The notes under the pieces are model-generated. The model was not told the origin of the DNA, did no database searches, and worked only from the letters and a program-made list of their open reading frames with translations. A DNA stretch of 64,000 nt from Caecitellus pseudoparvulus. Lineage: Eukaryota > Protista > Bigyra: Bicosoecida. The stretch lies in NCBI GenBank assembly GCA_965644315.1, contig CBFFRQ010000068.1, forward strand, positions 1,054,001-1,118,000, read 5' to 3'. This document shows positions 1 to 9,047 of the stretch, in pieces (position 1 is the first letter of the stretch; every line of letters starts with the position of its first letter). The translations under genes were made by a program, and so were the position numbers.

Positions 1-414
1 GCGACCGGCATGGCTGAGGGCGAGTTCGGGGGACATGGAAGCGACGATGAGGGGGATGTCGAGGCGCTGTTTGGAACAGATGACGAAGATGACGACGATG
101 TAACCCAGACCGCGTCAGGAGCGGGAGCGGGCGGTCAGCCAAGCCTGCAGCGGATGGACTCGGCGGCGACACAACCAGAGACCCCTGCTGAAACTCAGGC
201 AGAAACCCAGGCAGAAACCCAGGCAGAAACTCAAGCCGAAGCCTTGGCAGAAACTCAAGCCGAAACTCAAGCTGAAACCCAGGCAGATACTCAAGCTGAA
301 ACCCAGCCGACAGTGGGCGGGCACAAGCGCCCGAACGTGGTGGAGTCAGACAGCGACTCCGGCAGCGAAGCTGCCTCCAGCAGCAAGCGGGCCCGAAAAG
401 AAGAAAGCATGTGA
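1..414 (+). CDS. 3' end of a gene truncated by the window edge; acidic disordered tail with AETQ repeats and a basic NLS-like end (KRARK)
   Basis: Frame is open from the window start to TGA at 412-414; acidic D/E tracts; 10 AETQ-type repeats; CAATGCA 3' motif follows at 419. Confidence 0.65.
   Translation, partial: ATGMAEGEFGGHGSDDEGDVEALFGTDDEDDDDVTQTASGAGAGGQPSLQRMDSAATQPETPAETQAETQAETQAETQAEALAETQAETQAETQADTQAETQPTVGGHKRPNVVESDSDSGSEAASSSKRARKEESM
187..306 (+). repeat. 12-bp coding tandem repeat x10 (GCNGAAACYCAR, encoding AETQ)
   Basis: Units visible directly (gctgaaactcag gcagaaacccag gcagaaacccag ...), varying mainly at third codon positions; one AEAL and one ADTQ variant. Confidence 0.95.
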
Positions 415-426
415 AGATCAATGCAC

Positions 427-3400
427 TCAGCTACTTCGTAGAGTCTGCAGCAAGTCACTCAGAGAGTCCTCCTGAGCCACAGCGGACACCGCGACGACGT
501 CGAAGGCCAGCTCCGGCAACTTTCGTGTCAGTGCTGAGAGGCGTGTGCCACGTGCAGTTGGCAACGAAACACGTGCTTGGGACGCTGGCGCACCCGGGAC
601 TGCAAAAGCCCGCCTCTCACACTTCTCATCAGGGAGGTGCAGCCAGTCCCCAATCCTCCATCGCAACTCTGCAAGGGAGCGCAGAGACGCTGCATCTCCA
701 CCCTCACTGGGCAGGCAAGACTTGAACCGCTGCTTCACGATGACGTCTACAGTTGGTGTCCAGCGGTATTGTTGGCGTGCTCCTTGCAAAGGAAGCAGGT
801 CATGCACCCACGCTTCGCAGTGGGATTCCCGCGGTGCAGCCACGTCCACCCCCTGCACAGACCTTCCGGTTTGGCTTGAAACGGCAACTTCCACACACAG
901 CCAGCTACTCAGAGCGTCCACTCCGACATCCAGATCGACTTTCAAGCCTGCAAGGTGGTGCAGCGCAGCGTCCCAGGGACTGGAGCGTTTGCTTTTCGGG
1001 CCATTCAAGTTCAGGTGAACTGACCAGGCATGGCCACTGGCATCCACAGGCTGCCCTTCAATCCACGGGAGGCGAGCGGAGTTGTTCTGCAGTGTACCGG
1101 AAAACGAAATACAGCTAGCTTGGGCCTGCAGGTCTCTAGCAGCCGTCATCCACCACTCTGCCCGGCATGTTGGAATGCCAGCCATGGCCCACGAGGTGGA
1201 CCCCTGCGCAAAGGCCACTGCCTCTCCGGTGCCATCAACAATGCTCCACATGCTCTTGCAATCGTGAAGCGACGGGCCCACAGAAAACCACAAGCACGCC
1301 GCCCTGCGAACACGTAGCCGCGTTGTCGCGTGGTTCAGGCCCTTTGCTCCCCCGAGGACTAACTCAGAGAGCGTCGAGAACCGCACCGTTCGTGGTTGAA
1401 ACGACTCGCCGCCACACAGCGGGCCACCAAGAATGAATAGATCACTTGCCGAAGTGCACACTGCGTATGGCTGCACTGTGTACCTGGACACATGGCGCTG
1501 CGTGTTTGTGATGCGCACGGTGCAACCTGGGGCTAGGGCCGCCGGTGGTGGCGTTGTGGCCAAACACTTCACAAATACAGCCACAGAATTCATGTGCGAG
1601 TCGACTACAGTCACTCGCCAAGACTGGTCCTGCCTGCTTGCCCGGGGAGCAGTACTGGCGTCCACATGGACCGAAACAACAGTGCCGACAACATCGAAAA
1701 GCGATGTGACCCCCAGTGATCGTGTCTTGGGAGGCTTCGCCAGGCTGGTGCCCGCAAGCTCTGACACAAGTGGCGGTAAAGTAAGCGCATCTTCCCTGAG
1801 CCAACCGAGCGGCATGCACCCCCTCGGGCTGTCGGAGAGCGGACCAGGCTGGAGCCGCACAGGTGGCCCTGCATCTGAGGGTTTAGATATTACACTTCCC
1901 GGAGGAATTGGGCTCTGCATCAGGAAGGTACTTTGGGAGCCGATAAAAGTCATCCATGTGGCCCTTCTAGAACCTTCGCATGTCAATATTGTGACGTGCA
2001 GTTCTCCCTTTGCTGTGCGCCGAGTGTTTGGCCAGTCCACAGTGACCACGGTGCCGTCCGGCTCTGCCACAGGGGGGCTCGCCGGTCTTAAAAGAGTGGT
2101 CGACACGGGGTCGATCCATAGCGTTGTCATCCCAACCAAGCCCCGAGCTCGTTGTTGCGCTGGCCTGCGGACCCCCTCGCCTCGTGACAGCTGCAGAGCA
2201 GCTGCCAGGGAGAAAGCCGCATGTGCAGTGGCAGGGAGATCCTGTCGTGAGGCGCTGTCAGGGACAGCTTCGCTGCCATCCTCCCCTGAAAGCAGCGCCC
2301 AGGAAGACAACACTGAAACATGGGTTGAAATGAACACCTCCTCCGCATTAACCAGGGCTCGCAGCAAGTCGGGTGTCGGCTCCGCCGTCCACCCGACTAT
2401 GAAGGCGGTCCTGGACTGGGGCTTGGGGCGCAAGAGGAAGTGGCCCCCCTCAGGAGCCAGCGAAATCCATGCGAACACCTGGCGTTTGGCAGGCAGTGCA
2501 TGGTGTGGGCCCAGACACCGCAAACTCGCTGACACGATGCGGCCGCTCCGTGACGCCCACGCGGTCGCTCTGTTCCGCAGTGGGCTGCGTGTTTCGCCAA
2601 GGCACCGCTCAGCGTTTCCTAGCTCTAACAGCGACGACATAAGAGGGGGGATGGCCTCAAGCGCCATGGGCCACAGCCCACCGCGCACGTGCCGAGCCAG
2701 AGTGCTCAATGCTTCGACCATGCTTAGATTTCCCGCCCTGCGGCATGCGAAAGCTAAAGCCCACGAGCGTGCTGAGGGCTGCACCAAGGACAACTGTAGC
2801 TGTTCAGGGGGGCTGAATGGACTAGTGGGTGCCTCAAGAATTCTAAACTGTGTCCATGTTGTGGGGACAAAACCGACAGGCTCTTCTTCCGCCGAGATGC
2901 GAGCCTCGACAACATTGTAGATCAGTACCACGGAGCCCTGCCGGAGACCAGGCGGGAAACAAGGGCACGGTGCACCCGCATACAAGACACAAGTAGAGGA
3001 CCTATCCAAGGCGATGCAGGCCTCTGTGATGGCAGTCACTCTGCCTTGCAAGTGCTTCAATCCCAGGGCAGCCGGTGGTGGTCGCGGAGTGTGTGCCTTG
3101 CGGCTGACTTGGAGCGCGCGGACGGAAGCTCTCCCTCCAGCTATCAAGGGAGCGTCAGTGCGCACGATCATCCCAGGGAACAGTGCAGCAGTGCTGGCCT
3201 TTGCAGGCCCGCTGGCAAGGTTCAAGGTGGCTGGCTCGGTCCAGCCTTTCCCGCGCACGAGCACGCGAGGAGTACCCTTCCTCGGGAGTGCGACGCCCAT
3301 CACCAGGAATTCTCTACTCCTCTCTATACAAAATGGTCCGAATAGTGCCTCCTGGCGGCGCAAGAGCACTTGCCAATCGTTGCTCTCAAGCACTGCAGTC

Positions 3401-3774
3401 CGTCCGTCATCCTGCAGCATCACTTGCCACGAGTGCAGCAGCACCACGGCCTCGTGCAAGGGAACAAGTGAGCGAGACAAGCAACATCGCAGACGCAAAT
3501 GTCCATCTGTCGCCACAACAAATGCGCAGTGATGCTTCGACGACCAGCGCTGCACGGTACCGACCAACAGCGGCGTTTCACCGCGAAACGGCAGTTTTTG
3601 GAGCACTTGTTTTGAAGACAAGTCAGAAAGCTGGAGGAGGGGGGAACCACGCAGCGCCACTACTGCTGATTGTGCATGAGGCCCACTTGCATCCAGCTGG
3701 AAGAGCGCTGCAAGATCACGAAAGGCCTGCATGAAGTTCAGCCGAAAAGATAGGCCGACTTGCACTGCTCTCAA
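427..3774 (-). CDS. CTC1: CTC1-like multi-OB-fold protein (CST complex large subunit); start uncertain
   Basis: 1115-aa ORF. Segments PPGLRQGSVVLIYNV, LAPGCTVRITNTQRHVSR..QPYA and WSIVDGTGEA resemble, in order, conserved CTC1 segments (GLRPG.., LLPGA.V.F....R.VS....Y, L.VEDGTAEA) as I recall them. Confidence 0.6.
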   Translation of the reverse strand: MRAVQVGLSFRLNFMQAFRDLAALFQLDASGPHAQSAVVALRGSPLLQLSDLSSKQVLQKLPFRGETPLLVGTVQRWSSKHHCAFVVATDGHLRLRCCLSRSLVPLHEAVVLLHSWQVMLQDDGRTAVLESNDWQVLLRRQEALFGPFCIERSREFLVMGVALPRKGTPRVLVRGKGWTEPATLNLASGPAKASTAALFPGMIVRTDAPLIAGGRASVRALQVSRKAHTPRPPPAALGLKHLQGRVTAITEACIALDRSSTCVLYAGAPCPCFPPGLRQGSVVLIYNVVEARISAEEEPVGFVPTTWTQFRILEAPTSPFSPPEQLQLSLVQPSARSWALAFACRRAGNLSMVEALSTLARHVRGGLWPMALEAIPPLMSSLLELGNAERCLGETRSPLRNRATAWASRSGRIVSASLRCLGPHHALPAKRQVFAWISLAPEGGHFLLRPKPQSRTAFIVGWTAEPTPDLLRALVNAEEVFISTHVSVLSSWALLSGEDGSEAVPDSASRQDLPATAHAAFSLAAALQLSRGEGVRRPAQQRARGLVGMTTLWIDPVSTTLLRPASPPVAEPDGTVVTVDWPNTRRTAKGELHVTILTCEGSRRATWMTFIGSQSTFLMQSPIPPGSVISKPSDAGPPVRLQPGPLSDSPRGCMPLGWLREDALTLPPLVSELAGTSLAKPPKTRSLGVTSLFDVVGTVVSVHVDASTAPRASRQDQSWRVTVVDSHMNSVAVFVKCLATTPPPAALAPGCTVRITNTQRHVSRYTVQPYAVCTSASDLFILGGPLCGGESFQPRTVRFSTLSELVLGGAKGLNHATTRLRVRRAACLWFSVGPSLHDCKSMWSIVDGTGEAVAFAQGSTSWAMAGIPTCRAEWWMTAARDLQAQASCISFSGTLQNNSARLPWIEGQPVDASGHAWSVHLNLNGPKSKRSSPWDAALHHLAGLKVDLDVGVDALSSWLCVEVAVSSQTGRSVQGVDVAAPRESHCEAWVHDLLPLQGARQQYRWTPTVDVIVKQRFKSCLPSEGGDAASLRSLAELRWRIGDWLHLPDEKCERRAFAVPGAPASQARVSLPTARGTRLSALTRKLPELAFDVVAVSAVAQEDSLSDLLQTLRSS

Positions 3775-4051
3775 AACAGGCAGCAGTCACGATGAACTCC
3801 TCATCAGGGAGAGCGGGTGACGGCGCTGGCAAAATAACCTGGCCGGGCATTGCCCAATGATACACATGGCTTTTGGGGGTTTGGTATTCAGGTCCCTCTG
3901 CCTGTCTCACAACGCTGCTTCCCCTCTCTCACCAGGGCAAAGCAGGGTGGCCACGATCCTGCTTCCTGAGACCCACCCGCTTGTACCTTGACGCCATGGC
4001 TGCCTCAGCAGTGCATGGTGCTGGGAGTTCGAGTCTACAATCATACGGTGC

Positions 4052-5215
4052 GTGGTATGCCTGATCGTGTGCTCGAGGTCAGCGTGCAGAGCGTCGCCCG
4101 TTGGCGTGGTGGAGGGTCGGCTTCCGCAGGTAGCACACACTTCTCTGTCACCTCCCGCAGAGTGGGCGCCTGTAGACAAGGCGACAGTGGCCCTCATAGA
4201 ATTCACACTGCAGACAATGCTCCCTACGAGCATCCTCGAGCAGGTGTGCTCCTTTTGGGGGGTGGAGGGAATCAAGACGATGCGGCTGCTCAGCAAGAAG
4301 TGGGACATGTTCACGCGTGAGAAGATTCCCGTCGTTCTCAGATGCCGGTCAGCTGAAGATGTCGAGCTGATTGAAAGCAAGGTGCTCCGGTTCTCGGTCA
4401 TCCGCGGCATCGTCGCAAAGTGTGTGCTGTTGGAGTCTTCTGCGAGCATTTGCCGAGGCATTCAGGCAACAGGCGGCACTTTGGAGCAGCTGGATTTGCA
4501 GTGGAACTCGCTGACAAAGGAGCACTTAGTGCATGTCTTAGACACGCTTGGTTATGCCCGCATGCTCAAGTTCCTGCGCCTCAATCGCAATGACATGCAG
4601 ATGGGCACGTATGCTCTCGCAGATGCCCTGCCGAACCTGCCCAAGCTGACGGAGCTGTGGATGAGCAACAACAACATCACATCCACAGACTTGAAGTGCC
4701 TCGTGCCAAAATTGGCGTCAGTGTCCCAGCTGAGCGTGTTGAACCTGAGTTCGAACCCACTCGGGGACGAGGGCGCCGCGTGCGTTGCTGAGGTGCTTCC
4801 CTCCCTGACAACCCTGAGGGTGCTGGACCTGTCCAACTGCAAGATCACAGACAAAGGGGCCCTGCAAATCTGCACGGCTTTGAAGGATGCTGGCATTCCT
4901 CTTGACTCGTTGCGCTTGGACGTGAACCAGGTGAGCCAAGGGTATCCCTTGGCAAAGTGTTTCTCTGGGTGGCAGGTGGCTGCGCTGGACTTAAGGGGCA
5001 ACAGGCTGGACTTGGGGGACGCAAAGGCCATCTGGCATGAACAAAGGCGTGGGGGGGGGACAGCTACCATAACATACGTGTCCTCTGCGAAGACGTCTCG
5101 CCACCCGTACGTCACGTCACGGATGCAGGAGTTGTACTTAGGCCCAGACGATGATGGGGATGATGACTACGACGCTGCTGGTGCTGCTGCTCCAGCAGTG
5201 GTGTGGAAGCAGTGA
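4052..5215 (+). CDS. F-box-like + RI-type leucine-rich-repeat protein; true start may be in a small upstream exon near 3996
   Basis: LPTSILEQVCSFW...MRLLSKKW resembles an F-box; 28-aa LRRs such as LSVLNLSSNPLGDEGAACVAEVL and LRVLDLSNCKITDKGALQICTAL. Confidence 0.8.
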   Translation: MVCLIVCSRSACRASPVGVVEGRLPQVAHTSLSPPAEWAPVDKATVALIEFTLQTMLPTSILEQVCSFWGVEGIKTMRLLSKKWDMFTREKIPVVLRCRSAEDVELIESKVLRFSVIRGIVAKCVLLESSASICRGIQATGGTLEQLDLQWNSLTKEHLVHVLDTLGYARMLKFLRLNRNDMQMGTYALADALPNLPKLTELWMSNNNITSTDLKCLVPKLASVSQLSVLNLSSNPLGDEGAACVAEVLPSLTTLRVLDLSNCKITDKGALQICTALKDAGIPLDSLRLDVNQVSQGYPLAKCFSGWQVAALDLRGNRLDLGDAKAIWHEQRRGGGTATITYVSSAKTSRHPYVTSRMQELYLGPDDDGDDDYDAAGAAAPAVVWKQ

Positions 5216-5359
5216 AGTACACGGTATTTGCGCCTGCCTTTCGCGCGGATGCGCTGCTCGTGCCATGCACGGGGGCCGGTTCCCTCGACGCATAGAGGCA
5301 CACAAGACAAATTCAAACTGCCAGGGCCGAGCTGCTGAGTAAACGTTCTCCCTGCTCGC

Positions 5360-6861
5360 ATGCTGGGGCTTCCCTCTGCTTTCTGTGCCAGCATGTCTGC
5401 ATCCTTCAACACCTCTAGCCACTTTGGGTGTGTGGCGCCTCCAAGCGGTGGCCTTGCCATCGTCTCCACCTCCGGCTTCAAGACCCAGTTCTTCAATGCT
5501 CTCATCGGAACGCTGGCAGAGGGCCACCTCGTTGGTGATACAAACTTGGCAGTTCTGGTGGGGGGCGGTGCCAGGGTATGTGGCTCACTGCGCCACGGCA
5601 GCACCTGCCCGGCAAGGCTCCCCCATCCCCTTCCTTGCACAGCCAGCTTTTTCGCCCAACGAAGTGCGACTGCACGATATTGTAAAAGATGAGCCCTTGG
5701 TTGCCCTTGAGTTTCCAGCGGAGGTGCTTAGGGTTGTGGTCAACGCAGCCTTGTACGTGGCGTTTCGCCAGCGTTGCTGGATGGGGCGCTGCACGGTCTC
5801 CTGGCCCCTGCGCAGTTTCTGTGCCTTGACTGGCGACAACAAAGTCTACGTTGTTGACATTTCGAACATGAAGGTGGTGCACTCATTCGACGTGTGCCCT
5901 CACCCCAGCAGTACGGATGCGCGCACAAGCCGGCAAGGCTGCTGGCCTCAACGCGTCCCCTCCCCGACGCCACAGGGCTGCTTGCTCTCGCCTACAACCC
6001 CCAGCGATCCTTCTTAGCCTTCCCAAACAGTTCTGCACTAGGTGAGGTGACAGTCTACGATGTGGCAAAGCAGTCAGCCGTCAATATCGTCAAGGCGCAC
6101 GTAGGCAGCTTGTCGGCACTTGCCGTGAGCCCGACGGGAACCATGCTTGCCACAGCCTCGGACAGTGGCACCTTGGTGAGAGTGTTCAGCTTGCCTGGTT
6201 GCGAACGCTTGCACACGTTTAGGAGGGGCGCGTCTCCAGCGAAGATTACGGCCCTGCAGTTCGCTGACTTTGGCACTGGGCCGGAGGAGGTCTTGCTGGT
6301 CGGCTCCAACTCTGGCACCGTGCACGGCTTTGCCATCGAAGGTCCATTCCTCGAAAAGTATAAGCGCAGAGAAGTATCATTGTACTCTTCCAGTGGGAGT
6401 CACTCACACGCAAGCTCTGACTCTGCACCTGATGACTCCATCATGTCGACTGTGCGTTTCTCCGCTTCCAGCCGCCGTGGACAAGCTGAAGCACCCCCTC
6501 CACCCTTCCCCCTTCGCAGCTTTCGAGCGTCGTCGCAAGCGTAGCATCAGCTGGCGCGGCCACTGTAGAGGGAACCAGGTCTGTTCTGCGCATCCAGCTT
6601 CCGCAGTCTGGCAGTGTGGCTACCCGAGAGGTGCTCGCCTTCGCTGTGCATGCACTGGAGGCCAGTGGCACTGTGGTGACTTGCATTCTATCCAGTGGAG
6701 CAGCACTACAGTACCTTGTGCCCCCAGCATTGGAGTCAAGCCAAGTTAAGCTGATTGGCGACTTTTCCTTGGAAGGCGTGGTTCCTGACAGCAGCCCAGA
6801 GCCGCAGGCGGGGGTGGCCGAGGCTGCTGATGCCCCCGCACAGGATGCTGCCGATGAGTGA
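5360..6861 (+). CDS. ATG18: ATG18/WIPI PROPPIN beta-propeller, multi-exon
   Basis: AHVGSLSALAVSPTGTMLATASDSGTLVRVF..HTFRRG..SNSGTVHGF contains the FRRG phosphoinositide-binding motif; pieces lie in ORFs 5360, 5385, 5894 and 6616 in different frames, implying introns. Confidence 0.88.
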
Positions 6862-6876
6862 CGACACTTGTCAAAG

Positions 6877-9023
6877 TTAGGCGTCCCAGCTGCTTTCTAG
6901 AAAGTCTTCCTCCGCTGGTTTTCCCGCGTCGGGCGCTTCATCACTCTCTTTTCCTCCACCGCCACTGCCAGGTGGCTGCACGTGCGAAGCCAAAACTCGG
7001 GGTCCAGGTGGGAGGGGGCGCCCGCTGCCCCGCCGCGCTTTCTGCAACAGCGCCCGACCCCCAGTTAGTGGCACGAGAGGCCTTGTTCCCGCTGGCTGTG
7101 GTCGCGGGGCGCTTGGGAGGGGGCGGGAGCAGCGCGGTGCTGCTTCCTTGCCTTCCCCTGCGATGTTCGGGGACGCCGCGGCGTCCCACGAGTCCCAGTC
7201 AGTTCCTGAAGAGGCTTCAGGAGTCTGGAGCTCTGAAATTGCCGAGTGTCTTGTGTGGGGTCCATCTTGGGCCGTCTGGGGCTCTGCTTGGGCTTGCTGC
7301 GTAGGGGGATCAGCCAACTCTGAGCCGACATCCAGCGGCAATGCATGGGGTTGCCCACGGGGTTGCCGCGGGCGGGCCACAAGGGACTTGCGAAGCCCTC
7401 CACGAGCTCGAGTACGCGCTTCTGCTTCCATGCGCTCCTCGTACGTTGCTTGGAAGGCCGCAGTGCTCTCTGAACTGTCTGAATCAGCAGCTTCAATGAT
7501 GAGCTCACGTTGGGACGTGAACATATCCTGCTCGAAGTGCTTGGCACGACTACCCCGAGACCGCTGTGGCTGTGTCAAGCTAGCTGGACCAGATCTGCGA
7601 GGGGCCGGGCTGTCCTGCACTTCTTCCACGTCGAAGCTCGCGCTGAGGGCAGCACTGAGGGGCGCACAAGGCGTGCTCCGCCGCCTGTTGGAAGGGGGGG
7701 GCGTACCTTGCTTGCCAGAGGGGGAAGCAATGTCTGACGGCACGCGCAGCACCGGAGACTGAAGCGTCGGTGATTTCGGCAGCTCTTGTGTTTCATGCCT
7801 TCCTGCACGCGCTGATGGTGCTGCTGCTGCTACCAAGATTGGCATCCCCCTGTCGCCCGGCTGCTGCCCCCGCGGGCTGTGTGCGCTTCCGTCACTTGCG
7901 TCCGCAGATTCGCACATGAGCACAGCATTTGAGGACTCGCGACGAACAGTGGGGGTGGTCTTGGATGTGTTTTGGCTGGCAACGCCGCGGATTGCCCGCA
8001 TGTAGTCAGGGATGCACGGTTCAACGCCGTACCCAACAGGCCAGGCCAGAGGGTTCGGCAGGCCACAGTACCGCTGCAGGCCTGCAACGGCAGAAAAGCA
8101 GGGCTGGAGCGCCCTTAGAGGGTATTAACAAGGCTCTCGGATCACCCACCTGAAGCCCACATGTTGGCATCCCTTACAGTGGAAGCCCGCACGAAAATGC
8201 TCTCCCTTCGAGCCTTGATCTCCACAGTTGTTGCCTGTGTGATGCGGAGCAGGGGGCGTGACATGCGATGGTATTTCACTCTAAGCCAGGACACTGCTAC
8301 TGCACTGACTGCATGCTTCTCGATGGCCTTCAGTTGGCCGTCCTCGAGCGGCACTTCTGACAACCCTGAAATGAGTTCCTCCGCGCGCAAACCGGTCTGT
8401 GCTCGGAAGAAGCCTTTCGCAGCAGTGAGCACACAATGCGTGGAACTCATCCATCCAGTACTCACCCCTAGATGGACGACATCGATAACGTCGCTGTGAG
8501 AGGGATTTGGGGCGCCTTTCGTCGTTGGGATTGCGCCACGCAACTGCTGCAGCACGCACCGAAGCCAGAGCAACTGCTTTGCAAGCAACGGAGTTTGATA
8601 CTGCTCCCTGTGCAGGATAGAGTCGATCCAAAAGCATTGGAGGCTGGGACTACCAAGCACCATTCTCCTTCCGTGAGCAGCTTTCAGCACGTCAACCGTG
8701 CAAGTCAACGGCATGGAAACGCCTCGGAAACGACCACTCACTCCGTGTCATAGTATGCCAGCACAAGCTCCCTTCCATGCTCGCCAAGCCTATCTTCCAG
8801 GGCGTAAAAGCGCTTGACCCAAGCTGATGAGAACAAAGATGGGCTGTGCTTGAGGCGCTTGAGAAAGCCGCTCAGCTTTGGCGGCCTCCGTTGTCCAGCT
8901 GAAGCCATGGTGCACTTGGCACGCCCCTCTTGCAGTGAGCAACTGGCCCGCGTGCAGCGATGGACAAGGTTGCCAATGTCGCACGTACAATGCGTTGAAT
9001 TGCTGCGCAGTTGGAACTGCCAA
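6877..9023 (-). CDS. PH-domain protein with long disordered C-terminus, multi-exon (joining of the C-terminal exon inferred)
   Basis: An exon at ~8742-8885, absent from the ORF track, reads KLSGFLKRLKHSPSLFSSAWVKRFYALED..LVLAYYD (PH beta1-3) and ends at a GTGAGT donor; ORF 8142-8741 ends TVEIKARRESIFVRASTVRDANMWAS (PH beta6-7 plus Trp helix). Confidence 0.7.
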
Positions 9024-9047
9024 GACAGCCTCCCCCAGTGTCCGGTG

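Noticed and set aside
1433-2920. 495-aa plus-strand ORF, and similar antisense ORFs at 14102-14969, 56287-57843 and 60174-61163
   Set aside because: Antisense to better-supported genes; long stop-free antisense frames are expected in GC-rich coding DNA
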